DNA of 61,305 nucleotides from Eledone cirrhosa. Taxonomy: Eukaryota. Positions 1-13,490 of the stretch are shown here, one piece after another. The DNA lies in contig CAXHJY010000380.1 in the NCBI GenBank assembly GCA_964016885.1, positions 1 to 61,305 of the forward strand. The letters run 5' to 3'. The position numbers and the translations under genes were made by a program. The notes under the pieces are model-generated. The model had not been told where the DNA came from and ran no database searches. It saw only the letters and a program-made list of their open reading frames with translations. Numbering within the stretch: position 1 is the stretch's first letter; each line of letters opens with the position of its first letter.

Positions 1-412
1 GATCGTAGTGTGATAAAAATATTAATCTGACTTAAGAGGTTTCATCCTGTCACCTAATTTTATTTCTATACTTTCACTGCATGGGTATCTAAAGGAGGGT
101 TGAAACTTTTAATAAAAGAACAGATGATTCCAAGTAACAAAATACACACACACACTGTGTGTGTGTGTGTGTGTGTGTTAGTTCGATTCCCGGACCAGGT
201 AGTTTTTCGTTTTGCCCTGTTTTCATTCGTTGTCATGTCCTCTCTTTATTGATTTTTCTGAAGTTTATATATATATTAGCTGACCCCGTGGAAATTCGAC
301 AATTTCCTCAGAAACAATCACTAAGAAAGATCCATATGGCATTTTAAATGTTTTATTTGTCATCCTAGCATTTTCGAATTAGGATCGCAAGGTTAGAACA
401 TATATCAAAATA

Positions 413-890
413 AACATAGAATATTCGAAAATTAGAATTTGGATTTAATGCTCTGAAATAGCGATATATATGTGAAGACAAACATAGAATATTCGAAAAT
501 ATTCTGTATGTTTATAATAAACATTTTGAAGACCCAATCGCTATAGAATAGAATACGTCACGTATTACAATTTGAGATTCTAATTTCTGCCGGACCGGCT
601 ACCGCTCTTTCAAACCAGTTCCTGTACACAGCTAAGTATTCTATAAGTCTCTAGCTGTGTCATTCTCGATAAAAGCATTGGATATGTAATCCTGATGATT
701 TCTAATAAGAATGAAACGCGTAGGTTACTTCCCTTGCTTTTATCGAGAATCTCAAATTGTAATACGTGACGTATTCTATTCTATAGCGATTGGGTCTTCA
801 AAATGTTTATTATAAACATACAGAATATTTTCGAATATTCTATGTTTGTCTTCACATATATATCGCTATTTCAGAGCATTAAATCCAAAT
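413..890 (+). mobile_element. Fold-back insertion (145-bp inverted arms) enclosing a hammerhead ribozyme; PLE-type non-autonomous element
   Basis: 437-581 is the reverse complement of 746-890. The 13-bp direct repeat ATATATCAAAATA at 400-412 and 889-901 is a candidate TSD. An HHR lies in the spacer. Confidence 0.75.
686..728 (+). ncRNA. Minimal type I hammerhead ribozyme
   Basis: GTAATC-CTGATGA-T-TTCT-AATA-AGAA-T-GAAA-CGCG-TA-GGTTAC: 6-bp stem I, intact core, palindromic ACGCGT stem/loop III, GUA cleavage triplet (after 722). Enclosed by a 16-bp stem, 662-677/735-750. Confidence 0.85.
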
Positions 891-1138
891 ATATCAAAAT
901 ATTTATTCTGACCTGAAGTCCTTGAATTAGTTTCAGGAATAAATCTGTAATTAATAGTCTATATATTTTTTAAGGAACATTTTATATAAACAACATTGAA
1001 CTCCACAAACATCGGTCAATGCCGAGGATTTGAGCTGCCGTTGTGAATCTTGACTTTTGTTAAAAACAAACAAACAACGCATGTATAACGTAAAGTGGGT
1101 GCAGTAATATCAGAACTTGAAGAACTGTGTATAAAATA

Positions 1139-1325
1139 TAATTGTTTCTATTTTTGGCACAAGGCCAGCAATTACCCAGTGCATTACTGATACTTTATTT
1201 TATCGACCCCGTAAGGATGAAAGGCAAAGTCAACCTCGGCGGGATTTGAACTCAGATCGTAAAGGGACGTAACTATGCTGGAAAGCATGGCGTCCGACCC
1301 TCTACCGATACTACCAAGCCACCGT
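1139..1325 (-). mobile_element. tRNA-derived SINE, full length
   Basis: Reverse complement of the consensus GGCGGTGGATTGGCAGTATCGGTAGAG...GAGTTCAAATCCC (A/B boxes)...GCCTTTCATCCTTACGGGGTCGATAAAATAAAGTACCAG...GGCCTTGTGCCTAAAGTAGAAACAATT. Confidence 0.9.
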
Positions 1326-1477
1326 GAATGCGATTTTAGTAACTGATAAATACGAAATAAATAATTAAAAGGAAAAAAAACTCGCGTTCAACACTTTTAT
1401 AAAATCGTTTTTAAAAACAAACAAAAAAAAATCAAAATCACAAATATATCAATCTTAAATCACGAACTGAATCATTC

Positions 1478-1730
1478 TTTCTATATTTGACACAAGGCCA
1501 GCAATTACTCCAGTTCATTACTGGTACTTTATTTCATCGATCCCGTAAGGATGAAAGGCAAAGTTAACCTCGACAGAATTTGAGCCGAGGTTAACTTTAT
1601 TTAACGATCTCCAAAAGGATAAAAAGCAAAGTTGACTTTCGCGGGATTTTATTTCCGAACGCAGGAAGGCAGAACTGATGTCACGAGGTTTTTAATCCGA
1701 AATTCAAACGACTCTGACAATTCGCAGCTT
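1478..1730 (-). mobile_element. Two degenerate/partial SINE copies
   Basis: A 3' half at 1478-1590 followed by a more diverged copy to about 1730. Confidence 0.7.
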
Positions 1731-1748
1731 TGAAGGAATCTTATTATG

Positions 1749-2040
1749 GGCGATGAATTTGTTTTGCAAGGTTTTTGATATGAAATCGTGTTTTGAAACA
1801 AATATTATTATATTTTGGGAGGGTCATGTTGTTCTAATATTGCCAGAAATATATAGTAAAACACACTCACTGTTTGGTTTGGGTTGGCTTTCGCTTCGTA
1901 TATTTGATATTTCTATAATTAATTCAGCTGGCAATCAATGTTTATCATTGATTAACCGACAGTTTAAAAATATAGATATATATATATATAGTTTCTCGGA
2001 GTTCTTTCGTTACACACATGTGACATCAGTGATATATTTC
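1749..2040 (-). mobile_element. Degenerate solo pLTR of the Penelope-like family at 50755-52770
   Basis: Shares TTGGGAGGGTCAT...ACACACTCACTGTTTGGTT...TTTCGCTTC with 50821-51110 and 19335-19570. Confidence 0.7.
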
Positions 2041-2069
2041 CCATTATTATTATCATCTTATCATCTAAG

Positions 2070-2258
2070 GGCGGTGGATTGCCAGTATCAGTAGAGGGTC
2101 GGACGCCATGCTTTCCAGCATAGTTACGTCCCTTTACGATCCGAGTTCAAATCCCGCCGCGGTTGACTTTGCCTTTCATCCTTACGGGGTCGATAAAATA
2201 AAGTACCAGTAATGCACTGGGTAATTGCTGGCCTTGTGCCTAAAGTAGAGACAATTAT
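2070..2258 (+). mobile_element. tRNA-derived SINE, full length, with TSD
   Basis: Complete consensus; flanked by the direct repeat ATTATTATTATCATCTTA. Confidence 0.9.
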
Positions 2259-2579
2259 TATTATCATCTTATTATTATCCTTACTTTATTTCGTTAGTTA
2301 TAAGATTTAGTTCCTGTTCACTCCGTCTGGTTTTAAGTAGGTACTATGTATAAGTAACAAGAGTTTAACAAATTACACGTGACCTATCAAACTAGGTGTA
2401 CTGAGTCAAGACGAATTACCTTGCAGTAATATATTTACGTCTCTTTAATCTGATCAAATTTTCCTGAACAAATTTTCGTGAACCCACACTGCGTCAATGG
2501 TTCAACGAATTCTGTCTCATTAACGTCAGTGAACTTGATATGCAAGAATCAATTTAATGTTGCTAAAAACTAAAAAAAT

Positions 2580-3220
2580 AATCGTTTTTGATTTAGGCAC
2601 AAGGCCAGCAATTTTAGGGGAGGAGAAAGTCGATTAAATCAACCCCAGTGCACTACTGGTACTTTATTTTATCGACCTCTTAAGGATGAAAGGCAAAGCT
2701 AACCTCAGCGGGAAGCGGGATTTGAACTCAGAACGTAAAAGGCCGTAACTCTCTGCTGCGAAGCAGGTTGTCCTAGACTCTACTAATACTGCTAATCTAC
2801 CTAAAAATAATGGTTTCTACTTTAAGCAGAAGGCCAGCAATTTGAAGGGAGGAGAAAGTCGATTAAATCGACCCCAGTGCATTACTGGTATTTTATTTTA
2901 TCGACCCCCGTAAGGATGAAAGGCAAAGCTAACCTCGGCGGGATTGAACTCGGATCATAAAGGGCCGCGACTCTCTGCCGCGAAGCAGGTTGTCCGACGC
3001 TCTACCGATACTGCCAATCCACCTAAAATAATTGTTTCTACTTTAGGCACAAGGCCAGCAAATACCCAGTACATTACTGGTACTTTATTTTATCGACCCC
3101 GTAAGGATGAAAGGCAAAGTCAACCTCGGCGGGATTTGAACTCAGATCGTAAAGGGCCATAACTCTGCTACAAAGCATAGTGTCTGAAGCTCTACTGATA
3201 CTGCCAATCCACCTAAAATA
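2580..3220 (-). mobile_element. Three head-to-tail SINE copies
   Basis: Units at about 2580-2805, 2807-3025 and 3028-3216, joined by ACCTAAAATAAT. The first two carry a longer 3' region (GGGGAGGAGAAAGTCGATTAAATC). Confidence 0.85.
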
Positions 3221-3784
3221 ATGTCTGATGTTATAATTTATCGAAACGTTTTAAAGAATTCATATACTCCAGGTGTTTTTTTTTAACCCCAGGTTAATCC
3301 TGATTGGGTTGACTTATGATCAGTCGCGACTATTTCGTGTTTTCGGTGATATCTTCGACTATATTGTCAAATATGTTCTTTCCACTTTTAAGATTATTAC
3401 GTGATTTAAGGGACATTTAGTCGTTGCAGTTTAGCAGGTCGAGCGATTGCGTAGAGGTTCTCTCTTTGCCGTTTAGTTATTTTAACAGTAATTCTTAGAG
3501 TTAAATATTTGTTTTGTAATCCTTGATGTTTAATGATATCGGTATTGAATCCTTCTGCTTTTTTTTTTTCCTTTTGAAAAGCTATAAAAAGGAGAAAATA
3601 CTATTATTTATCTGCCGTGGGTTTTAGGTTTTGGCTTTATAATACTATAGTTGCTAACTTATTTTTTTCTTTTCATTTCATCCCGTAACTCCTGATAGTC
3701 GTAGAGGTGTCACATTGACATACGGCATCTCTTGGACATTTCAAACCTGGTAGAGCCCATCCCCCCCCCCCCAGTCCCGAGTAC

Positions 3785-3985
3785 AGCCGATTTTTTTCCA
3801 GTGAGAAGAAGAATCAACAACAGTAGTACACTAGCACTTATGTTTTTATAGACCTCGAAAGGATGAACGGCAAAGTTTACCTCGGCAGGATTTGAACTCA
3901 GAGCAGAGAGCCGGAACGAATACCATAAAGCAGAAGCGTGCACAGGTGGCCCGCGGGTCACAATCCGTCCCGCCAAACCAGTCAA
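3785..3985 (-). mobile_element. Diverged SINE
   Basis: AAGGATGAACGGCAAAGTTTACCTCGGCAGGATTTGAACTCAG matches the SINE core. Confidence 0.7.
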
Positions 3986-4066
3986 TAGCCTACGATGACA
4001 GTTTTTAATTTTTACCTTGTAGGCTTATTTAGGATTTTTTTCGTAACTGTAATACAATTTTCTGTT

Positions 4067-7000
4067 AGTTGACCTATACTAAAGGTCTTCACTGATAGGG
4101 TTATGTGTGTTATAATTTTCCAGTTGACCTATACTAAAGGGCTTCACTGATAGGGTTATGTGTGTTATAATTTCCCAGTTGACCTATACTAAAGGGCTTC
4201 ACTGATAGAGTTATGTGTGTTATAATTTCCCAGTTGACCTATACTAAAGGGCTTCACTGATAGGGTTATGTGTGTTATAATTTCCCAGTTGACCTATACT
4301 AAAGGACTTCACTGATAGGGTTATGTGTGTTATAATTTCCCAGTTGACCTATACTAAAGGACTTCTCTGATAGGGTTATGTGTGTTATAATGTCCCAGTT
4401 GACCTATACTAAAGAGCTTCTCTGATAGGGTTATGTGTGTTATAATTTCCCAGTTGACCTATACTAAAGGGCTTCACTGATAGGGTTATGTGTGTTATAA
4501 TTTCCCAGTTGACCTATACTAAAGGACTTCACTGATAGGGTTATGTGTGTTATAATTTCCCAGTTAACCTATACTAAAGGGCTTCACTGATAGGGTTATG
4601 TGTGTTATAATTTCCCAGTTGACCTATACTAAAGGGCTTCACTGATAGGGTTATGTGTGTTATAATTTCCCAGTTAACCTATACTAAAGGGCTTCACTGA
4701 TAGGGTTATGTGTGTTATAATTTCCCAGTTGACCTATACTAAAGGGCTTCACTGATAGGGTTATGTGTGTCATAATTTCCCAGTTGACCTATACTAAAGG
4801 ACTTCACTGATAGGGTTATGTGTGTTATAATTTCCCAGTTAACCTATACTAAAGGGCTTCTCTGATAGGGTTATGTGTGTTATAATTTCCCAGTTGACCT
4901 ATACTAAAGGACTTCTCTGATAGGGTTATGTGTGTTATAATGTCCCAGTTGACCTATACTAAAGGGCTTCACTGATAGGGTTATGTGTTATAATGTCCCA
5001 GTTGACCTATACTAAAGGGCTTCTCTGATAGGGTTATGTGTGTTATAATTTCCCAGTTGACCTATACTAAAGGGCTTCACTGATAGGGTTATGTGTGTTA
5101 TAGTTTCCCAGTTGACCTATACTAAAGGACTTCACTGATAGGGTTATGTGTGTTATAATTTCCCAGTTGACCTATACTAAAGGGCTTTACTGATAGGGTT
5201 ATGTGTGTTATAGTTTCCCAGTTGACCTATACTAAAGGTCTTCACTGATAGGGTTATGTGTGTTATAGTTTCCCAGTTGACCTATACTAAAGGACTTCAC
5301 TGATAGGGTTATGTGTGTTATAATTTCCCAGTTGACCTATACTAAAGGGCTTCTCTGATAGGGTTATGTGTGTTATAATTTCCCAGTTGACCTATACTAA
5401 AGGTCTTCACTGATAGGGTTATGTGTGTTATAATTTCCCAGTTGACCTATACTAAAGGGCTTCACTGATAGGGTTATGTGTGTTATAATGTCCCAGTTGA
5501 CCTATACTAAAGGTCTTCACTGATAGGGTTATGTGTGTTATAATTTCCCAGTTGACCTATACTAAAGGGCTTCACTGATAGGGTTATGTGTGTTATAATG
5601 TCCCAGTTGACCTATACTAAAGGGCTTCACTGATAGGGTGATGTGTTATAATTTCCCAGTTGACCTATACTAAAGGGCTTCACTGATAGGGTTATGTGTT
5701 ATAATGTCCCAGTTGACCTATACTAAAGGGCTTCACTGATAGGGTTATGTGTGTTATAATGTCCCAGTTGACCTATACTAAAGGACTTCTCTGATAGGGT
5801 TATGTGTGTTATAATTTCCCAGTTGACCTATACTAAAGGGCTTCACTGATAGGGTTATGTGTGTTATAATGTCCCAGTTGACCTATACTAAAGGGCTTCA
5901 CTGATAGGGTTATGTGTGTTATAATTTCCCAGTTGACCTATACTAAAGGGCTTCACTGATAGGGTTATGTGTGTTATAATTCCCCAGTTGACCTATACTA
6001 AAGGGCTTCACTGATAGGGTGATGTGTGTTATAATTTCCCAGTTGACATATACTAAAGGGCTTCACTGATAGGGTTATGTGTGTTATAATGTCCCAGTTG
6101 ACCTATACTAAAGGGCTTCACTGATAGGGTGATGTGTGTTATAATTTCCCAGTTGACCTATACTAAAGGGCTTCACTGATAGGGTTATGTGTTATAATGT
6201 CCCAGTTGACCTATACTAAAGGGCTTCACTGATAGGGTTATGTGTGTTATAATGTCCCAGTTGACCTATACTAAAGGGCTTCACTGATAGGGTTATGTGT
6301 GTTATAATTTCCCAGTTGACCTATACTAAAGGACTTCACTGATAGGGTTATGTGTGTTATAATTTCCCAGTTGACCTATACTAAAGGACTTCACTGATAG
6401 GGTTATGTGTGTTATAATTTCCCAGTTGACCTATACTAAAGGACTTCACTGATAGGGTTATGTGTGTTATAATTTCCCAGTTGACCTATACTAAAGGGCT
6501 TCACTGATAGGGTTATGTGTGTTATAATTTCCCAGTTGACCTATACTAAAGGACTTCACTGATAGGGTTATGTGTGTTATAATTTCCCAGTTGACCTATA
6601 CTAAAGGACTTCACTAATAGGGTTATGTGTGTTATAATTTCCCAGTTGACCTATACTAAAGGACTTCACTGATAGGGTTATGTGTTATAATGTCCCAGTT
6701 GACCTATACTAAAGGACTTCACTAATAGGGTTATGTGTGTTATAATTTCCCAGTTGACCTATACTAAAGGACTTCACTGATAGGGTTATGTGTGTTATAA
6801 TTTCCCAGTTGACCTATACTAAAGGGCTTCACTGATAGGGTTATGTGTGTTATAATTTCTCAGTTGACTTATACTAAAGGGCTTCACTGATAGGGTTATG
6901 TGTGTTATAATTTCCCAGTTGACCTATACTAAAGGGCTTCACTGATAGTTGTGTGTGTTATAATTTTCCAGTTGACCTATACTAAAGGACTTCTCTGATA

Positions 7001-7248
7001 GGGTTATGTGTGTTATAATTTCCCAGTTGACCTATACTAAAGGGCTTCACTGATAGGGTTATGTGTGTTATAATTTCCCAGTTGACCTATACTAAAGGAC
7101 TTCACTGATAGGGTTATGTGTGATATAATTTCCCAGTTGACCTATACTAAAGGGCTTTACTGATAGGGTTATGTGTGTTATAATTTCCCAGTTCACCTAT
7201 ACTAAAGGGCTTCACTGATAGGGTTATGTGTGTTATAATTTCCCAGTT
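4067..7248. repeat. 55-bp minisatellite, about 58 copies
   Basis: Unit GTTGACCTATACTAAAGGGCTTCACTGATAGGGTTATGTGTGTTATAATTTCCCA; period 55; no spacers. Confidence 0.97.
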
Positions 7249-7539
7249 CCTTGTTATGGAAAGAAGTTGTGGTGAATCTTTGGGATAGAGCTAATAAATA
7301 TTAATGGCACTAATACTTGTTCAACCAATGGAATAGGTTGCAGCTTACCCCCGTCATTAAACTATTAGGTTTAAACAAGTAGCTTGGTATGAAGCATTGA
7401 ATCATTTTTTAATATCCATCCTCTCGGCTGGAACACATAAAAGAGTATATATTTTTTCATTTTGTTTTTGTTTTGTTTTGTTTTTATGCAGGAGATTACA
7501 AAATTTACTTTGTGCCTCGTGAAAAATATTTATCAAAGA

Positions 7540-7705
7540 TGTCACCGAAAATAAATATATTTTATGCCCTTACAGGAAGAGAAAGCTAATTCCCAAGCAC
7601 TCAGGACCAGTAGAGAATGGTTTTATAAATTCAAACGACGACAGAACATACGCCTTATCTGCATCTATCGGGAAGCTGCAAGTGCAAAGATGGCGGCAAT
7701 GATAT
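7540..7705 (+). pseudogene. pogo/Tigger transposase relic (CENP-B-type HTH region)
   Basis: Manual translation from 7603 gives RTSREWFYKFKRRQNIRLICIYREAASAKMAA, resembling the Tigger motif F.AS.GWF..FK.R..I....I.GEAASAD..AA. Confidence 0.65.
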
Positions 7706-7939
7706 TGTGAAAAGTATAACCTTGAACTAAATACATTGCTAGTGATCGATAATACTTAGGTTACCCTCTAAATTTTGACAACCTTCAGACCTTATTTCCT
7801 GCCCAGGCAGTTTTTTTTTTTTTTACTACCAAACACTACCTACTTCCTTTGATGAAACAAACTAGTTTCAACAACCATTTATAACATCGTCAAGCTTGTC
7901 AGTGAAGGAAGATATAAATACAGGGGATGCGGTGTAGGA

Positions 7940-10900
7940 ATAGATTTGCAGGATGGGAGTTAATAGAATTGCATGATGGGAGTTAATAGAATTGCAGAAT
8001 GGGAGTTAATAGATTTGCATGATGGGAGTTAATAGAATTGCATGATGGGAGTTAATAGAATTGCATGATGGGAGTTAATAGAATTGCATGATGGGAGTTA
8101 ATAGAATTGCATGATGGGAGTTAATAGAATTGCATGATGGGAGTTAATAGAATTGCATGATGGGATTTAATAGAATTGCATGATGGGAGTTAATAGAATT
8201 GCATGATGGGAGTTAATAGAATTGCAGGATGGGAGTTAATAGAATTGCAGGATGGGAGTTAATAGAATTGCAGGATGGGAGTTAATAGAATTGCATGATG
8301 GGAGTTAATAGAATTGCATGATGGGAGTTAATAGAATTGCAGGATGGGAGTTAATAGAATTGCAGGATGGGAGTTAATAGAATTGCATGATGGGAGTTAA
8401 TAGAATTGCATGATGGGAGTTAATAGAATTGCATGATGGGAGTTAATAGATTTGCAGGATGGGAGTTAATAGATTTGCAGGATGGGAGTTAATAGAATTG
8501 CATGATGGGAGTTAATAGATTTGCAGGATGGGAGTTAATAGATTTGCAGGATGGGAGTTAATAGAATTGCAGGATGGGAGTTAATAGAATTGCATGATGG
8601 GAGTTAATAGAATTGCAGGATGGGAGTTAATAGATTTGCAGGATGGGAGTTAATAGAATTACATGATGGGAGTTAATAGAATTGCAGGATGGGAGTTAAT
8701 AGAATTGCATGATGGGAGTTAATAGATTTGCATGATGGGAGTTAATAGAATTGCATGATGGGATTTAATAGATTTGCAGGATGGGAGTTAATAGAATTGC
8801 AGGATGGGAGTTAATAGAATTGCAGGATGGGAGTTAATAGAATTGCATGATGGGAGTTAATAGAATTGCAGGATGGGAGTTAATAGAATTGCAGGATGGG
8901 AGTTAATAGAATTGCAGGATGGGAGTTAATAGAATTGCATGATGGGAGTTAATAGAATTGCAGGATGGGAGTTAATAGATTTGCATGATGGGAGTTAATA
9001 GAATTGCAGGATGGGAGTTAATAGAATTGCAGGATGGGAGTTAATAGAATTGCATGATGGGAGTTAATAGAATTGCAGGATGGGAGTTAATAGATTTGCA
9101 GGATGGGAGTTAACAGATTTGCAGGATGGGAGTTAATAGAATTGCATGATGGGAGTTAATAGAATTGCATGATGGGAGTTAATAGATTTGCAGGATGGGA
9201 GTTAATAGATTTGCAGGATGGGAGTTAATAGAATTGCATGATGGGAGTTAATAGAATTGCATGATGGGAGTTAATAGAATTGCAGGATGGGAGTTAATAG
9301 AATTGCAGGATGGGAGTTAATACAATTGCAGGATGGGAGTTAATAGATTTGCATGATGGGAGTTAATAGAATTGCATGATGGGAGTTAATAGAATTGCAT
9401 GATGGGAGTTAATAGAATTGCATGATGGGAGTTAATAGAATTGCATGATGGGAGTTAATAGAATTGCATGATGGGAGTTAATAGAATTGCATGATGGGAG
9501 TTAATAGAATTGCAGGATGGGAGTTAATAGATTTGCAGGATGGGAGTTAATAGAATTGCAGGATGGGAGTTAATAGAATTGCAGGATGGGAGTTAATAGA
9601 ATTGCAGGATGGGAGTTAATAGAATTGCAGGATGGGAGTTAATAGAATTGCATGATGGGAGTTAATAGAATTGCAGGATGGGAGTTAATAGAATTGCATG
9701 ATGGGAGTTAATAGAATTGCATGATGGGAGTTAATAGATTTGCATGATGGGAGTTAATAGAATTGCATGATGGGAGTTAATAGAATTGCAGGATGGGAGT
9801 TAATAGAATTGCAGGATGGGAGTTAATAGAATTGCATGATGGGAGTTAATAGATTTGCATGATGGGAGTTAATAGAATTGCATGATGGGAGTTAATAGAA
9901 TTGCAGGATGGGAGTTAATAGAATTGCAGGATGGGAGTTAATAGAATTGCATGATGGGAGTTAATAGAATTGCAGGATGGGAGTTAATAGAATTGCAGGA
10001 TGGGAGTTAATAGAATTGCAGGATGGGAGTTAATAGAATTGCATGATGGGAGTTAATAGAATTGCATGATGGGAGTTAATAGAATTGCAGGATGGGAGTT
10101 AATAGAATTGCAGGATGGGAGTTAATAGAATTGCATGATGGGAGTTAATAGATTTGCATGATGGGAGTTAATAGAATTGGATGATGGGAGTTAATAGAAT
10201 TGCATGATGGGAGTTAATAGAATTGCAGGATGGGAGTTAATAGAATTGCAGGATGGGAGTTAATAGAATTGCAGGATGGGAGTTAATAGAATTGCAGGAT
10301 GGGAGTTAATAGAATTGCATGATGGGAGTTAATAGAATTGCATGATGGGAGTTAATAGAATTGCAGGATGGGAGTTAATAGAATTGCAGGATGGGAGTTA
10401 ATAGAATTGCATGATGGGAGTTAATAGATTTGCATGATGGGAGTTAATAGAATTGCATGATGGGAGTTAATAGAATTGCATGATGGGAGTTAATAGAATT
10501 GCAGGATGGGAGTTAATAGAATTGCAGGATGGGAGTTAATAGAATTGCAGGATGGGAGTTAATAGAATTGCATGATGGGAGTTAATAGATTTGCAGGATG
10601 GGAGTTAATAGAATTGCAGGATGGGAGGTAATAGAATTGCATGATGGGAGTTAATAGAATTGCAGGATGGGAGGTAATAGAATTGCAGGATGGGAGGTAA
10701 TAGAATTGCAGGATGGGAGGTAATAGAATTGCAGGATGGGAGTTAATAGAATTGCAGGATGGGAGTTAATAGAATTGCATGATGGGAGTTAATAGAATTG
10801 CAGGATGGGAGTTAATAGAATTGCAGGATGGGAGTTAATAGAATTGCAGGATGGGAGTTAATAGAATTGCAGGATGGGAGTTAATAGAATTGCATGATGG

Positions 10901-11143
10901 GAGTTAATAGAATTGCAGGATGGGAGTTAATAGAATTGCAGGATGGGAGGTAATAGAATTACATGATGGGAGTTAATAGAATTGCAGGATGGGAGTTAAT
11001 AGAATTGCATGATGGGAGTTAATAGAATTGCAGGATGGGAGTTAATAGAATTGCAGGATGGGAGTTAATAGAATTGCAGGATGGGAGTTAATAGAATTGC
11101 AGGATGGGAGGTAATAGAATTGCAGGATGGGAGTTAATAGAAT
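7940..11143. repeat. 23-bp minisatellite, about 139 copies
   Basis: Unit AATAGA(A/T)TTGCA(T/G)GATGGGAGTT. Confidence 0.97.
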
Positions 11144-11194
11144 CGCGCAACGAAGAGCTGTATTAATGTTAGCACAGCAAACGTATCAAGAATG

Positions 11195-11612
11195 AGCGGT
11201 GGATTGGCAGGATCGGTTGAGCGTCGACCAACATACTTCTTCCGGTATATAGTTACGGCCCTTTACGTTCTGAGTTCAAATCCCGAAGTCAGCTTTACTT
11301 TACATCCTTACGATCGGTCGATAAAATAAAGTACCAGTAGCGCACTGGGGTTAATTTAATTGACTTCCTCCTTCCCTTCAAATTGCTGGCCTTGTGCCAA
11401 ATGTAGAAACTAATGGCGGTGGATTGAGAATATCGGTAGAGCGTCGGACATGCTTTTCGGCATATAGTTACGGCCCTTTACGTTCTGAGTTCAAATCCCG
11501 TCGAAGCCGGCTTTGCTTTACATACATGCGATCGGTCGATAAAACAAAGTACCAATAACACACAGGGGTCGATTAAACCGACTCCCCCCCCTTTCCTTCA
11601 AATTGCTGGCCT
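11195..11612 (+). mobile_element. Two tandem SINE copies (long-tail subfamily)
   Basis: GCGGTGGATTG...GAGTTCAAATCCCG...GTCGATAAAA at about 11195 and 11415. Confidence 0.85.
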
Positions 11613-11841
11613 CAACCAGAAACCGTTATTTCTACCAACCAGAAACCGTTATTTCTACCAACCAGAAACCGTTATTTCTACCAACCAGAAACCGTTATTT
11701 CTACCAACCAGAAACCCTTATTTCTACCAACCAGAAACCGTTATTTCTACCAACCAGAAACCCTTATTTCTACCAACCAGAAACCGTTATTTCTACCAAC
11801 CAGAAACCCTTATTTCTACCAACCAGAAACCGTTATTTCTA
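11612..11841. repeat. 23-bp tandem repeat, about 10 copies, at a SINE 3' end
   Basis: Unit CAACCAGAAACCGTTATTTCTAC begins right after AATTGCTGGCCT. Confidence 0.9.
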
Positions 11842-11908
11842 CTAACATGTTATCACAAATAACACAACTGCTACAACCGAGCTTGTTTCATAATATTATC
11901 ATAACATT

Positions 11909-12217
11909 AGGTGGTGGATTGGCAGTATCGGTAGAGGGTCGGACGCCATGCTTTGACGCATAGTTACGGCCCTTGCCATTCTGAGTTCAAATCCCGCCGA
12001 GGTTAACTTTGCCTTTCATCCTTACGGGGTCGATAAAATAAAGTACCAGTAATGCACTGGGTAATTGCTGGCCTTGTGCCTAAAGTAGAAACAATTAAAT
12101 TACCAAGAATATGTATTACTATTAGGTACACTTATTAGGCAACTAATTAAAGAATTGTTATTTTTACGTCAGTGTTTAAGACCCTTAAGTTAGCAGTTCT
12201 GTTACTGTAGGACACGT

Positions 12218-12253
<36 letters not shown>

Positions 12254-12590
12254 TGTTTCTACTTTTGGCACAAGGCCAGCAATTATCCAGTGCATTACTG
12301 GTACTTTATTTTATCGACCCCGTAAGGATTAAAGGCAAAGTTAACCTCGGCGGGATTTGAACTATATAATAATATTTGTATTATATTGTATTAATTTGAA
12401 TAATAATAATAATGAAATTATTGTGTACAGTGCTCAGGTGCACTACAACTTGTCAAAGGCGCATGTATAGTACATAGAATAATATATGCCGAAGTTAACT
12501 TTGCCTTTCATCCTTACGGGGTCGATAAAATAAAGTACCAGTAATGCACTGAGTAATTGCTGGCCTTGTGCCTAAAGTAGAAACAATTAT
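11909..12590. mobile_element. SINE cluster (+11909-12097, -12250-12363, +12488-12590)
   Basis: Consensus matches. The whole cluster is flanked by ATTATCATAACATTAGG (11895-11911, 12586-12602). Confidence 0.8.
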
Positions 12591-12822
12591 CATAACATTA
12601 GGCCTTAATTAATTAAACTTTTTTTTTGTCGTAATTTTACAAGAACCATAAATTTAAACGATACTGTGTCAATATCATATTACTTTATATGAAGGTATTT
12701 TAAAGCTATTACGAGAGTGTAGGGGCCCGCAGTGGGTCTTTAAATGTTTCATTCGTTTGGTAATCTCGAAGCTGCCACCTCCGTTTATTTTCGTATTAAC
12801 GTAAAGAATGCTATATCAAACA

Positions 12823-12898
<76 letters not shown>

Positions 12899-12983
12899 GG
12901 CGTGTTATAATGACGTTGTATAGAACCGATATGGGCTTAGGAATGGATCCAGAGGCCTAAGCCCCGTGTCCGTGTGTGTGTGC

Positions 12984-13023
<40 letters not shown>

Positions 13024-13169
13024 ACACAAATATATTATGAATTTATATTTGTATTATATTGTATCATACAATATATATGTGTGTATATATATATATATGT
13101 ATGTGTATATATGTCTGTGTGTGGACACAAATGTATTATGAATTTATATTTGTATTATATTGTATAATA

Positions 13170-13282
<113 letters not shown>

Positions 13283-13439
13283 TGCGCACAAATATATTAT
13301 GAATTTATATTTGTACTATATTGTATCATACAATATATATGTGTGTATATATGTATGAATGAAGTAATTCGGTCGGAAAAGTCCAAGAAAAAAGAGTGCT
13401 CTATGTAGGTAACAGAGCTTAATAGTTATGTAATAAACA

Positions 13440-13490
13440 ACATAAGTGGTTTCTTAAAAGCAAAAAATTTTGCTTTCAATCATCAGAATG
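13440..13490 (-). ncRNA. Degenerate hammerhead motif in a pLTR-like fragment (13355-13500)
   Basis: Minus strand reads CTGATGA-TTGAAAGCAAA..TTTGCTTTTAA-GAAAC, with a long stem II but poor stems I and III. Its downstream tail (TGTTTATTACATAA...TACATAGAGCACTCT) matches the 30022-30323 family. Confidence 0.55.

Noticed and set aside
4067-11143. CRISPR-like arrays
   Set aside because: The units are contiguous with no unique spacers, the context is eukaryotic and there are no cas genes.
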